64,000 nucleotides of DNA from an uncultured bacterium (lineage in GTDB: Bacteria; Verrucomicrobiota; Verrucomicrobiia; Verrucomicrobiales; DEV007): contig CAXBMO010000013.1 of NCBI GenBank assembly GCA_963977015.1, forward strand, positions 1 through 64,000, written 5' to 3'. Shown here one piece after another: positions 37,601 to 47,118 of the stretch; position 1 is the first letter of the stretch, and each line of letters opens with the position of its first letter. The notes under the pieces are model-generated. The model worked only from the letters and a program-made list of their open reading frames with translations. It was not told where the DNA came from and did no database searches. The position numbers and the translations under genes are program-made.

Positions 37601-38428
37601 GCTGACGTCAGCGCGGTTGGCGAAAGTCTGTCGGATGGAGTGGCGGACCCAATCGAAGATGCGGCCGTTTTGGAGCAGATTGCCGATCAGCTCAGTGATT
37701 TGTTCAAACGGGTGCAGGCAGACTGGAAACTCCACGAAGAAGCGGGCAGGAGTTTGGCCGCAGCCCGCTCTCAACTGACTGCGGCAGAAGATTTGGTTCG
37801 CCTTGCGCAAACCGATGATCTTCCGGACAGCCCCCAAATCACGGCGCTCGCGGATGAGGTGGAAGCTCTGCGAGGTGGAATCGCGAAACAAGAGGCGAGG
37901 ATGAATGAACCTCATCAAAATTGGAATGCGCTGGATGCGGATGCGGATCGCATTCACACATCGGCCGGACGAGCGACGGCGGCATTGCAGGATGAATTGA
38001 AACGGGCTGAAGATGCGATTCGAGCCATCTCACTCGCGGCTAGAAAGATCCGTCATGCGGCGGGTTGGTCTGGGGCTCATGGCGTTCGGATTCTTGGCTC
38101 GCCGGGAGCCGGGTCTTTGGAGCGGGCCCGCGAACAACTGCTTGTCGGCTCCTATTTGTCGGCGTTGCGACTCGCTGAAGACGGCAGAGCAAAGGCTCAA
38201 CGCGCGTTGGCAAATGCAGAGACGGAAGTTGCCCGCCGAAGACGCGTGGAGCAGCGCCGGAGAGAGGAGGCGCGTCGTCGGGCACTGGAACAGGCACGAC
38301 GGAGCGCGGTTTCGATGACGCGTAGCCGGGGTGGGGGATTTGGCGGCGGATTTGGGGGGAGAGGCGGCAGTGGAATGGGAGGCTCGTCCTTTCGGGGAGG
38401 CTCCGGGATGGGCCGGTCTGGATGGTGA
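34601..38428 (+). CDS. Large membrane protein: TPM-like N-domain, one TM, long coiled coil and Gly-rich tail
   Basis: Signal peptide, TM near aa 390-410 followed by RRRR, extended Ala/Glu/Leu helical region, ends GGFGGRGG...RSGW. Confidence 0.75.
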   Translation: MPRYIVFFAVWLVLVARSSAADRALTLSYGTDLVEAWIPGQHVYVKGNLGISSGQLNQLEAWMDDHGENWIILLAQNASGEQIRDAAGNRYMGIEAVEVAANVIVRNQTEFGELTDSRSGEKSGSVFILFLSERKFSYSGGEVHETRGLGAKNWSGDLDRPAFRAMSGGGRVIDAVKGTVKEVTRRLDQQFQIERERRQREIEAAKRLHAEAESLLEQAGSELDELEEAVNVFVDANGNPPGDLARPPLSDFRKQLEEAALALNAEKVDAGLRQIRQVRDFVRVHAGALLDYPQAGDRFAGLAAELAEVEPGDENWGRERLKLAEKELELAEDAHSKADSTYVTHLNNAIEAFDSAKVEIRRAEEELRRKQQEEARLVAEREKRERLSRVFAVTVEILLVLGAIGTAWWLSRRRRSTKMAALSLYDSWDRGVREQTDALFGLLDRSATVVGSAANLAERGYSGETLRLSKQIIEDVDELFIMSACVRRVLKDVGQLIRPTNPLLQIFNQFFADRYDRGNRRLRDELIRFHPDEGIEPILRDERGEPERILGHLEAHQAFELSFPALIEACNQHVTRATQNLGIVEKAWASISETQEALQTDCDSLAGLERKLASAASEDGFFAVENLFDQLIPEIQNLLDRTVDLGTTDPVGALNDPAKDARRLIRNGISLAEVLLRARKQRFAAMKSKSEQLRKDGVETGWIGRFLAEYSLEADGIAEAAIEHDVSKSISDLEARINKLDQRISKALKLSESVGEIAKEHIETVQKSVDEARKTLSEKLQLPGEEVLVESGLNPDDRLMEAVKLQNAAQIALNRGGVDAAEAALVAAHEETEDAMGLIAVSKAAFEKHEERSRQVAKTTGWLDVQIEKHTAILQKLQKRYLPPALRQFHEEPSTTVEDNISEASKALDEARLLTMEAEEAFKAGRLIESASFREQVANLHQFVQTLLGEIKDQADRLKRLESENLHDFHRLEDRADAMRIQAKDSRTMRASIEQFDEILADVSAVGESLSDGVADPIEDAAVLEQIADQLSDLFKRVQADWKLHEEAGRSLAAARSQLTAAEDLVRLAQTDDLPDSPQITALADEVEALRGGIAKQEARMNEPHQNWNALDADADRIHTSAGRATAALQDELKRAEDAIRAISLAARKIRHAAGWSGAHGVRILGSPGAGSLERAREQLLVGSYLSALRLAEDGRAKAQRALANAETEVARRRRVEQRRREEARRRALEQARRSAVSMTRSRGGGFGGGFGGRGGSGMGGSSFRGGSGMGRSGW

Positions 38429-38438
38429 GCGACTCGAG

Positions 38439-39116
38439 CTAGCTCAAGTTGAGCACCTTTTTCAGCCAATCTGCGATATCGCTGATCTCCTCCGCGCAAA
38501 CCGAGTGGGGCATCGGGTAGCTTTCCCATGTTACCTTGAAACCCAGTTCCTCGAGTTTTCCCTTACTCGCCACCGCGTGATCGTGAGCGATCACATCATC
38601 GTACAAGCCATGCCCCATAAAAATCGCCGTCTTGTCCGCGTTGGCCCGGTTCACTTCCTGATCCACGGATTCTGGAACCGGAAGGTAGGTCGAGAGAGCC
38701 ATGATTCCGCCCAAGGCTTCCTTGGTTCGGATTCCGGTGTGGAGAACGATGGCGCCTCCCTGGGAAAATCCGGCGATCACAATCCGGGAGGCCGGAATTC
38801 CCGCATCGGTTTGCTGTTGAATGAGAGCTTCAAGAATTTCAGCCGATTCCCGAACCCCACTTTCATCGGCGCGGCGACTGAGGTCCGTATCGACGATGTC
38901 ATACCAAGCCCGCATTTTGTAGCCACCGTTGATCGTAACGGACCGATAGGGAGCATGAGGAAAAATGAATTTCGTCTTCTGAGTAACCGTTTTTCCCAGC
39001 TCGGGATGAATTCCCTCAAAATCATGGCCATCGGCGCCCAGGCCATGCAGCCAAATGACGCAGGAATCTGCAGTTTCGGGAGGATTGATGACGATGGGAG
39101 GATCTGGCATGTCCAT
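38439..39116 (-). CDS. Carboxylesterase/phospholipase (alpha/beta hydrolase)
   Basis: WLHGLGADG, FPHAP, AWYDI, GFSQG, HG.YDDV, PHSV. Confidence 0.94.
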   Translation of the reverse strand: MDMPDPPIVINPPETADSCVIWLHGLGADGHDFEGIHPELGKTVTQKTKFIFPHAPYRSVTINGGYKMRAWYDIVDTDLSRRADESGVRESAEILEALIQQQTDAGIPASRIVIAGFSQGGAIVLHTGIRTKEALGGIMALSTYLPVPESVDQEVNRANADKTAIFMGHGLYDDVIAHDHAVASKGKLEELGFKVTWESYPMPHSVCAEEISDIADWLKKVLNLS

Positions 39117-39274
39117 AAACTTTAACGGAGAGTGGCGAGAACGGGTTGGGAAGCAAGTTCATTGCCGTTGCTTGGTGTTGATTCTTTTGGCGGCTGGTTC
39201 GTCCAATGCGGAAAACCTGGCATGATCCTTTCGGTTTGCGATCGTGCAAGGTTTGCGCCTTAATTCCCAACCTC

Positions 39275-40177
39275 ATGACGCCCGATCCCGACGGAGATAT
39301 TTCAGAAATTTTGAAGCGTGTCAGGCGTATTGAGTTGAAGACGCGAGGGTTGGTGAGGGACGGAATCGCGGGTGAGTATCACAGTTGCTTCAAAGGGTCG
39401 GGAATCGATTTTGAGGATTTTCGGGAATATCAGCATGGAGACGAAATTCGCTCCATCGATTGGAACGTGACGGCACGGATGGGGGACCCGTTCATCAAGA
39501 AATTCAGCGAGGAGCGCGACCTCACGGTCTTTCTGATCGTTGATGTGAGCGCATCCGGGGACTACGGAAGCATCGAGCAGAGCAAGCGTGAACTGGCGGC
39601 TGAGGTCGCGGCGGTTCTGGCGTTCAGCGCCCTGCAGAACAAGGATAAGGTCGGCTTGATTTTGTTCAGCGGAGACGTCCAGATGGTGCTGCCGCCCAAA
39701 AAGGGGGCGGGCCAGATTCTTCGGGTGATTCGTGAGATTCTCCATTGCAAACCGACCGGAAACCAGACCAATCCGGGTGAGGCATTGAAAACGCTGAGCA
39801 ATCTGGCCAAGCGGCGTTGTCTCGCGTTTTTGGTGAGCGACTTTTTGTTTGAGTTGACCAGTGAAGCCGTCCGGTCGGCGAGTGCGAAGCATGATTTGGT
39901 CGCCATTCAGGTCAGCGATCCAGCAGAGGAAAAGCTCCCGGCGGCGGGCGTTTTGCGCTTTTTGGATCCGGAAAGCGGGAACCATGCGTTGGTCAATACC
40001 TCCAACCCGAACATTCAGCACCTCTACGATCAGGAGCGCGCACAATGGCAGCGGGAAGTGGAGGCGTTTTTCCGCAAACACAAAGTGGATCTCATCAAAG
40101 TCAGCACGGATCCGGAACAGGATTACATGGCGGCATTGCATGCCTTCTTTCGCCAACGGGAAAGGGTTCAGATTTAG
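39275..40177 (+). CDS. DUF58 protein (Bat-operon type)
   Basis: FKGSGIDFEDFREYQHGDEIRSIDWNVTAR, EERDL, DVSASG. Start taken at ATG 39275. Confidence 0.94.
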   Translation: MTPDPDGDISEILKRVRRIELKTRGLVRDGIAGEYHSCFKGSGIDFEDFREYQHGDEIRSIDWNVTARMGDPFIKKFSEERDLTVFLIVDVSASGDYGSIEQSKRELAAEVAAVLAFSALQNKDKVGLILFSGDVQMVLPPKKGAGQILRVIREILHCKPTGNQTNPGEALKTLSNLAKRRCLAFLVSDFLFELTSEAVRSASAKHDLVAIQVSDPAEEKLPAAGVLRFLDPESGNHALVNTSNPNIQHLYDQERAQWQREVEAFFRKHKVDLIKVSTDPEQDYMAALHAFFRQRERVQI

Positions 40178-40183
40178 CGACGT

Positions 40184-40741
40184 ATGGAAGGCCAATTGGG
40201 ACAACCTCAGATTCCTGATCTGCCGGAAGACATCATCGGTCCGGATCCAATGATGTCTCTGCTGCCGATGGTGATCACGCTATTGGTCGTGCTTGCCGTG
40301 GCGGCTGTCGGCTTGCGATTGCTCTGGGTTTACCGCCGCAGGACCCGAGTCGCTCCGGAGATTCATCCGGTGACCCAGGCACGGCTCGAATTGGCGCGTC
40401 TGTATGCTCAGGCATCTGAGTGGAGCCCGAAAGAGCTGGCGACCCGGTTGCCGCGGATCGTGAAACAATATCTGGACGCCAAATACGGCCTTCAGATCAC
40501 CAGTCTGACGACGTCGGAACTGTGGGCCAACCAATCGGCCTGGGAGGGGAAGGTTCCGAGGCAACTCATGGAAGGGTTGGCCGCTTTGTTGGATCTTTGC
40601 GATGCGGTGAAGTTCGATTCCTTGGAACTGGGAGACGAAATCAAATCGCAGCTTTTCGAATCGGCCCAATTGGGGGATCTCGCTCCCGATGGAAGCTGGG
40701 ATCTCCAAACCGAGGCGCAAAAAGCGCTGACCAAGACCTGA
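40184..40741 (+). CDS. Single-TM Bat-operon accessory protein (DUF4381-like)
   Basis: DIIGP, TM, LTTSEL, CDAVKF. Lies between DUF58 and batA. Confidence 0.75.
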   Translation: MEGQLGQPQIPDLPEDIIGPDPMMSLLPMVITLLVVLAVAAVGLRLLWVYRRRTRVAPEIHPVTQARLELARLYAQASEWSPKELATRLPRIVKQYLDAKYGLQITSLTTSELWANQSAWEGKVPRQLMEGLAALLDLCDAVKFDSLELGDEIKSQLFESAQLGDLAPDGSWDLQTEAQKALTKT

Positions 40742-40745
40742 ACCC

Positions 40746-41756
40746 GTGCAGCTAGATCCCCAAGACCAGAGTTTCGCATTTCAGTATTGGTGGTTGCTGC
40801 CGCTCATTCTGCTGTTGCCGCTGCTCGCCATTCTCCGCGGGAAACGGGGAACGCATTCGGCGATTTCCTTTGGATCATTGCACGTCTTGAAGCGTCTCGG
40901 ACCCAGTGTCAAAACCAAGTTTGGCGGGTTTAAGCTTCCTCTTCTCCTTATGCTGACGCTGGCGCTTGGCCTGCTGGCCCTGGCTCGGCCTCAGTTCATC
41001 AGAAAATACAAGGTGGTGAAGGAAAGCGGCATCGAGATGATCCTCGCCATTGACGTTTCGCGATCCATGCTCGTCCAGGACATGATGCTGGCCAACACCA
41101 GGGTCGATCGATTGACTGCGGCCAGGGCCGTGATTCGCAACTTTGTAAGGCGTAGGCCCATGGACCGAATCGGGTTGGTGGCGTTTGCCGGACGACCGTA
41201 TTTGGCGAGTCCCATCACGTTGGACCATGAATGGGTTCAGAAGAGTCTGGGGCGAGTGCGAGTGGGATTGGTTGAGGACGGAACGGCCATTGGATCGGCG
41301 ATTGCGGCGTCTGCGCGACGTCTCGACAAGCGCGAAGCGAAAAGCAAGGTCGTGGTCCTGCTTACGGATGGGTCAAACAATGCCGGGAACCTCGCTCCGG
41401 TTACGGCTGCGGAACTTGCAAATACGCTTGGCGTAAAGATTTACAGTATCGCCGTTGGAACCCCCGGGCAGCATACGATTCCGACTCCCAATGGACCTCA
41501 GGCGCTCAGGCAGGAGTTTGATCGGGAGACGCTTCAAAAGATTGCCGATGCTGCGGGAGGGAAGTTTTTCATGGCCGAAGACACCGAAAACCTGGAACAG
41601 ATTTTCACCTATATCGACCAATTGGAAACTACGGAGCGCGAAGCCAAGGTGCGGATTGATCCGACGGAGTATTTCCAGTTTTTCGTCGCGGCGATGGTTT
41701 TCATCGCGATTTTTCGCCTCGTTGCCAACGAGACGTTTCTGCGAACCTACCCGTAA
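40746..41756 (+). CDS. batA: BatA vWA-domain protein
   Basis: IDVSRSM, DRIGLVAFAG, GTAIGSAI, LLTDG.NNAG, KIYSIAVG. Confidence 0.88.
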   Translation: MQLDPQDQSFAFQYWWLLPLILLLPLLAILRGKRGTHSAISFGSLHVLKRLGPSVKTKFGGFKLPLLLMLTLALGLLALARPQFIRKYKVVKESGIEMILAIDVSRSMLVQDMMLANTRVDRLTAARAVIRNFVRRRPMDRIGLVAFAGRPYLASPITLDHEWVQKSLGRVRVGLVEDGTAIGSAIAASARRLDKREAKSKVVVLLTDGSNNAGNLAPVTAAELANTLGVKIYSIAVGTPGQHTIPTPNGPQALRQEFDRETLQKIADAAGGKFFMAEDTENLEQIFTYIDQLETTEREAKVRIDPTEYFQFFVAAMVFIAIFRLVANETFLRTYP

Positions 41757-42031
41757 ACCGTGTCAATTTTTGCCGCGAGATCAAAATCCAGGTGAGTCAA
41801 CCCACCTGCAGAATGGGTGGTCAACGCGAGGTGAACCTTTCGCCAGCGGATGTCGATATCGGGATGATGGTTTGCTTGTTCGGCGAGTTTTGCGATTTCA
41901 TCCACAAAGGAGATCCCATCCAGATAGGCGGAGAACTCAAAAGTTCGTCTGATCTCATTGCCCTCCTTTCTCCAGTTTGGAACCTGGGTGAGGGATGTCT
42001 CAATCGAGGACTTATCGAGAACTTTGGGCAT
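41747..42031 (-). CDS. Pterin-4-alpha-carbinolamine dehydratase
   Basis: AEQANHHPDIDIRW, LTTHSAGGLT.LDFDLA. Start taken at ATG 42031; the longer ORF in the track is a cysK antisense extension. Confidence 0.93.
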   Translation of the reverse strand: MPKVLDKSSIETSLTQVPNWRKEGNEIRRTFEFSAYLDGISFVDEIAKLAEQANHHPDIDIRWRKVHLALTTHSAGGLTHLDFDLAAKIDTVYG

Positions 42032-42157
42032 AGGGATAGGAAACCCGTTTCTGGTGCTGGAATCAATCAAATTCCAGCTCCACGAACTTTCCAAAACTAG
42101 CTTGTCACTGCCAAAGTTCGAGGCTACGGAAACTGCTAGACCCAAACCCAGACCATC

Positions 42158-43120
42158 ATGCCAATCTATAATAACATTGTCGAGACCGTCGGTCGTACCC
42201 CACTCGTTCGTCTGAACAAAGTCACCGAGGGGATTGATGCCACGATTGCGTTGAAATGCGAGTTCTTCAACCCGCTGGGCAGCGTCAAGGATCGGATTGG
42301 GATGGCGATGATTGAGGCGGCGGAAAAAAGCGGAGAATTGACCAAGGACACGGTGATCGTCGAGCCGACAAGCGGGAACACCGGAATCGCCTTGGCATTT
42401 GTCGCTGCAGCCAAGGGTTACAAGCTGATTTTGACGATGCCGGAAACGATGAGTTTGGAGCGGCGAACCCTGCTCTCCATGCTCGGTGCGGAACTCATTC
42501 TCACACCTGGACCAAAAGGGATGAAGGGAGCCATTGCCAAAGCGGAGGAAATTCTTGCCGAAACTCCAAACGCCTGGATGCCTCAGCAGTTTAACAACCC
42601 TGCTAATCCGGAAATTCACCGCAAGACTACGGCGGAGGAAATTTGGAACGACACCGATGGAGAGATTGATATTCTCGTTGCTGGTGTCGGGACCGGAGGA
42701 ACGATCACGGGATGTTCCGAGTTCATCAAACCTCGCAAAGAGAGTTTTGTCGCAATCGCGGTGGAGCCTGAAGATTCACCGGTCATTTCGCAGACCTTGG
42801 CTGGCGAAGAATTGACGCCGGGACCGCATAAAATTCAGGGGACGGGAGCCGGATTCATCCCAAACAACCTTCATATCGATCAGGTGACGGAATGCGTGAA
42901 AGTATCGAATGATGATGCTTTTGCGATGGCTCGGAGATTGGCAAAGGAAGAAGGGCTTTTGGTCGGAATCAGCACGGGAGCGAATGTTGTCGCTTCGCTG
43001 GAGGTCGCGAAACGTCCCGAAAACAAGGGAAAGCTCATCGTCACGATCGCTTGCTCCACCGGAGAGCGGTATTTGAGCACACCGCTCGCCGAAGAGGCAC
43101 GAAATGCGGTGGGAGGTTGA
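42158..43120 (+). CDS. cysK: Cysteine synthase A
   Basis: SVKDRIG (PLP Lys), [28 protein letters not shown]. Confidence 0.97.
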   Translation: MPIYNNIVETVGRTPLVRLNKVTEGIDATIALKCEFFNPLGSVKDRIGMAMIEAAEKSGELTKDTVIVEPTSGNTGIALAFVAAAKGYKLILTMPETMSLERRTLLSMLGAELILTPGPKGMKGAIAKAEEILAETPNAWMPQQFNNPANPEIHRKTTAEEIWNDTDGEIDILVAGVGTGGTITGCSEFIKPRKESFVAIAVEPEDSPVISQTLAGEELTPGPHKIQGTGAGFIPNNLHIDQVTECVKVSNDDAFAMARRLAKEEGLLVGISTGANVVASLEVAKRPENKGKLIVTIACSTGERYLSTPLAEEARNAVGG

Positions 43121-43194
43121 CGACAGTGGAAACTGGGCAACAGTCCACCCCCGCTCGCTCGACACGAGAGCACTAAGACAAAGTCTATCCAGCA

Positions 43195-43986
43195 ATGGCA
43201 ACTTCCGAGGAAACGCAGCATCCCCAACCCGACCCTTCACCCTTGGCGCAAGCTTTGGGGCCCTCTCCGATTGAAAAATATTTGGAAGAGAACCGCGCAG
43301 GGGTAATTCTCGCCATTGCCGGTGTCGTCGCACTTGCCAGTGCATGGATTCTTTTCAGTGGCTTAAACTCGGAGAAATTGGTGGAAGCAGGCAATGCCTA
43401 TTCCGAAGCCAAGACCGTTGCTGATTTGGACAAGGTGCAGGAGCAGTTTCCGGGAACGGTGATTGCGGGGAATGCCCTGCTGAGAAAGGCTGAGCTCTTG
43501 GAGGACGAGGGGGATCTCGATGGCGCCAAAGCCACATTGCTCAAATTTCGCGACCAGTTCAGGGAGCATCCACGGTTCGATCAGGCGTTGGTTGTTCTTG
43601 GGCGCATGGCTGAGGATGCCGGGAACTTGGCTCAAGCCGAGACCTTTTTGAACGAGGTCTCTCCAAATTCAGATGTCGCTCCACTTGCCAAAATCCACTT
43701 GGGAGATCTGGCCATGCAGGAAGGCGATTATGAGAAGGCGCGCAATATCTACGAGCCTATTCAGCAGGAATATCCCATGAATGCCTGGATGGGAATGTGG
43801 CAGCAGCGAATCAACAGTTTGAAACGACTTGTTCCCGATGAAGAGACTTTGAAAAGCGATGGAGACGCGGAAGAAGCCTCAACCGGAGCCACTCCTCCAG
43901 TTGATGAGCCCGCGGAGACTCCTAAGGAAGAAGCTAAGCCGGAGGAACCCACCACGGTGGAGTCTCCGGGTGATGCTGAATCTTGA
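43195..43986 (+). CDS. Membrane-anchored TPR protein (YfgM-like)
   Basis: Single TM, FPGT..A...LL, TPR-like helices, acidic Pro-rich tail. Confidence 0.75.
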   Translation: MATSEETQHPQPDPSPLAQALGPSPIEKYLEENRAGVILAIAGVVALASAWILFSGLNSEKLVEAGNAYSEAKTVADLDKVQEQFPGTVIAGNALLRKAELLEDEGDLDGAKATLLKFRDQFREHPRFDQALVVLGRMAEDAGNLAQAETFLNEVSPNSDVAPLAKIHLGDLAMQEGDYEKARNIYEPIQQEYPMNAWMGMWQQRINSLKRLVPDEETLKSDGDAEEASTGATPPVDEPAETPKEEAKPEEPTTVESPGDAES

Positions 43987-44058
43987 CCCACCCAACTCAG
44001 TTTTGTAGGCCATGCGTTCGGTTTACAAAACGAATCTCAACACCCAGATCTTTAAGTT

Positions 44059-44307
44059 ATGCGAGGCCAATTCACCGCTATCCTCGAACCAGGCGAGGGG
44101 AACGTGTTTGTAGCACGTTGTGCAGAAGTTCCTGGAACCGAAGTCGAAGCCGACACTCCTCAAGCAGCTTTGGAGAGTTTGGCTGATGCCATTTCGATCG
44201 TTTTCGAAGTAAATCGCGATGAAGTTCGCGAGGAGGCTGGTCCCAATGCCACGACTCATCCCATCACTGTTGATTTATCGGAATCCCGCCTGCTTTCTCC
44301 AAAGTAA
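44059..44307 (+). CDS. HicB-like (UPF0150) antitoxin-family protein
   Basis: FTAILEP...FVARCAEVPG...ADT..AALESLADAI pattern. Confidence 0.8.
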   Translation: MRGQFTAILEPGEGNVFVARCAEVPGTEVEADTPQAALESLADAISIVFEVNRDEVREEAGPNATTHPITVDLSESRLLSPK

Positions 44308-44377
44308 GGGCTTACAAGTTTGCACTGAAAAGCAAACCCAACCTTTTACGGCAACCTAATCGGCATCGACGAGAAAC

Positions 44378-45064
44378 GTGGCATTGATTGAAGTTCAGAA
44401 GGCCAAGAAGATTTACCAACTTGGCGAAACGCAGATTGAGGCGCTTCGCGGCGTGGATCTTTCCATCGATGCAGGTGATTTCGTTGCCGTTTGGGGGCCT
44501 TCAGGCTCCGGCAAATCCACTCTCTGCCACCTTATGGGGGTGATTGATGAACCCACGTCGGGGACGATCCTTTTCGATGGGGAGAATGTCTCGAAGCTGG
44601 GAGACAATGAACAGAGTGAACTGCGGAATCGAAAAATCGGTTTCGTTTTTCAAAGCTTCAACCTCGTCCCGGTTCTTTCCAGTCTCGAGAACGTCATGCT
44701 CCCCTTGCAGATGCAAAACCTGGAAGCCGGCGAAGTGAGGGAGAGGGCCTTGGAAATGTTGGACAAGGTTGGCTTGGCGGATTTTGTGGATCATTGGCCG
44801 AAAAAGCTTTCAGGTGGTCAACGGCAAAGGGTTGCGATTGCACGAGCACTCGTGACGGACCCCAAAGTGGTCGTAGCTGACGAGCCAACTGCGAATCTGG
44901 ATTCGGAGAATGCGCTTTTGATCATTGAACTCATGCGCAAACTCGATCGATCCATCGGCACATCCTTTATCTTCTCAACCCACGATGAACGGCTTTTGGA
45001 ACGGGTGGACCGGAAAGTGCATCTTCAGGATGGACTCATTACTGAAGACATTCGCCTGAACTAA
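44378..45064 (+). CDS. ABC transporter ATP-binding protein (LolD/MacB type)
   Basis: GPSGSGKST, IGFVFQSFNL, LSGGQRQRVAIARAL, ADEPTANLD. Confidence 0.96.
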   Translation: MALIEVQKAKKIYQLGETQIEALRGVDLSIDAGDFVAVWGPSGSGKSTLCHLMGVIDEPTSGTILFDGENVSKLGDNEQSELRNRKIGFVFQSFNLVPVLSSLENVMLPLQMQNLEAGEVRERALEMLDKVGLADFVDHWPKKLSGGQRQRVAIARALVTDPKVVVADEPTANLDSENALLIIELMRKLDRSIGTSFIFSTHDERLLERVDRKVHLQDGLITEDIRLN

Positions 45065-45065
45065 G

Positions 45066-46319
45066 ATGACATCCTGGATCAAACTCGCCTTCCGGAATCT
45101 TGCGCGCAACAAGCGTCGATCAGTCGTAACCATCTTGGCGGCGACTCTGGGCTTTGCTGCGGTCAATCTCTTCGGCGGCTTCACGACCTACATGTTCGTG
45201 AATCTTCGCGACGCCTTCATTTACGCTGGCGGCAACGGGCATCTGCAAGTCTGCAAGAAAGGCTATCATCAGCACGGGGCTACTGATCCGGCGAACTACC
45301 TTCTATCCGCAGAAACCTATCAAAAGCTGCGCAAACTTGCGGAGGAAGATGATCGAATCATTCTGGCTGCTGGCAAATTGGATGTAAGCGGGCAAATCGA
45401 TTCTGGAAATGCCTCAAACATCTTCATCGGAAGAGCCGTGACTCCATCTGAGCATGAAGAGTTCTTCAAACATTCAAAGACTCTCAAGCGAGGATTCAGC
45501 TTTCTCGCGAAAGGCGAAAAGATCACCGATGACAATCCCTACGCCATTGGTGTGGCCTTCGGAGTCGAAGAGACGCTGGGGTTGAACTTGGAGGACGAAG
45601 TGGTTCTCATGGCGAGAACCCTCGATGGCCAGCTCAACGTGGTTGATGCTGCCGTGAAGCATGTGTTTGGAAATGCTTCAGCAAACTTGGCGGACAAACT
45701 CATCTTTATGCCGCTCCAGCTTGCTCAGGAGCTTTATCAAACGGATGGAGTCGGGACGGTGGGGATTTTGCTCAATCATCAGGGCGATTTGGATTCGGTT
45801 CGGGAGAAGATCGAAGCGGTGTTGGCCGATGCGCCCGAGGAGTTGGAGATCACTCCGTGGGATCAGCAGTCGGAAATGTACAAGCTGACCCGAAAGATGT
45901 TTAACATGATTTTCGGGATCGTTTTTATCATTCTGATCGTGATCGTAACCATGAGCGTCATGAATACGATGGGCATGGCCATTCTGGAGAGGACGACCGA
46001 AATCGGGACACTTCGCGCCTTGGGATTGAAGCAGGTCGGCGTCATCTTTCTTTTCGGGATTGAGGGCGCTCTCCTTGGCGTTCTGGGTTCGATTACCGGG
46101 ATGATCGCAACGATCGCCGTTTGGTTGCTCGTGAAAATACAGCAGCCAATGTGGACCCCGCCGACCATCGCGCGTGAGGTGCCGCTTGAAATCCGGCTTG
46201 AGCCCAGTTATTTACTCATAACAACCGTATTCTTGGTGGTTTTGACTCTTGCGGCCGCAATTATTCCCGCGAGAAAAGCGTCAAAAACCGGAATTGTTGA
46301 AGCCCTTGGCCACGTCTAA
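45066..46319 (+). CDS. ABC transporter permease (LolC/E, FtsX-like)
   Basis: LAFRNLARNKRRS, large periplasmic loop, ERTTEIGTLRALG, PARKAS. Confidence 0.93.
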   Translation: MTSWIKLAFRNLARNKRRSVVTILAATLGFAAVNLFGGFTTYMFVNLRDAFIYAGGNGHLQVCKKGYHQHGATDPANYLLSAETYQKLRKLAEEDDRIILAAGKLDVSGQIDSGNASNIFIGRAVTPSEHEEFFKHSKTLKRGFSFLAKGEKITDDNPYAIGVAFGVEETLGLNLEDEVVLMARTLDGQLNVVDAAVKHVFGNASANLADKLIFMPLQLAQELYQTDGVGTVGILLNHQGDLDSVREKIEAVLADAPEELEITPWDQQSEMYKLTRKMFNMIFGIVFIILIVIVTMSVMNTMGMAILERTTEIGTLRALGLKQVGVIFLFGIEGALLGVLGSITGMIATIAVWLLVKIQQPMWTPPTIAREVPLEIRLEPSYLLITTVFLVVLTLAAAIIPARKASKTGIVEALGHV

Positions 46320-46341
46320 AAAGCACAACTCAAATTACCTA

Positions 46342-47073
46342 ATGCGATTTCTTACTCTGTTTGTTTCTCTGTTGGTTTCTTCGTCGTTTGCTCAAGAGGC
46401 TCCGGATGCTGTTAAACTCCTTCATGACGCGGAGGCTTCGAGAGGCGTTTTGGCTGCCAATGGGCTTCAGTGGACAGTCGATGTCGTAAGCCAGGAAGAT
46501 TCCGAAACTGACGAAGCGAAGTTGGTTGTGAAGACTCAAGGCCCTTTTGCCTTGGCTGAGATTTTGGAGCCGGATACTTCTGCCGGGAAAAAATACCTCG
46601 TTGCAGACGGTGACATGTGGTTTTCCAAGCCGGGAACCCGCGCCGTTCCGATCAATAAACGCATGCAGTTGGCTGGAAGGGCGGCAATCGGTGAGATCGC
46701 TTCCTCCAGTTTCATGTCGGAATACAACATCGCCGAGACGACACAAACCACCTTGGAGGGAGAAGCTTGCACGCTTTATGAACTGGAAAAAAAGCCGGGA
46801 GCAACCTATGCCAAGGTGCTTCTCTGGGTTTCCAATGAGGAGCGGGTCAGCCGCCAGGCACATTTTTATACGATCACGGGAAAACATATTCGGAGCGCTA
46901 CATTTGAGCATAAGGCCAAGATCAAGGCCGGTGGGAACGTGATTCCGTTCCTTTCTGGATTGGTGGTGACTGAGATGATTGGTTCTTCCAGATCCACGTT
47001 GCTTAGCTTTTCGGAGTACAAGATTTACCCTGGTGGTTTCCCGGACTCGACTTTCGATCGCAAAGCAATGTGA
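46342..47073 (+). CDS. LolA-like outer-membrane lipoprotein-sorting protein
   Basis: Signal peptide from ATG 46342, GKKYL..DGDMW...P, YAKVLLWV, ends PDSTF. Follows a LolCDE-like pair. Confidence 0.75.
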   Translation: MRFLTLFVSLLVSSSFAQEAPDAVKLLHDAEASRGVLAANGLQWTVDVVSQEDSETDEAKLVVKTQGPFALAEILEPDTSAGKKYLVADGDMWFSKPGTRAVPINKRMQLAGRAAIGEIASSSFMSEYNIAETTQTTLEGEACTLYELEKKPGATYAKVLLWVSNEERVSRQAHFYTITGKHIRSATFEHKAKIKAGGNVIPFLSGLVVTEMIGSSRSTLLSFSEYKIYPGGFPDSTFDRKAM

Positions 47074-47118
47074 TCAGATTCCACCGGAATCTCATCAGGC
47101 AACCAAGGCGTTAGCGGC

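Noticed and set aside
42032-42619. 290-aa version of the pterin dehydratase
   Set aside because: The N-terminal extension is antisense to cysK. The family domain begins at ATG 42031.
44378-47073. RiPP or bacteriocin export cluster
   Set aside because: No precursor peptide or modifying enzyme nearby. The small upstream ORF is HicB-like.
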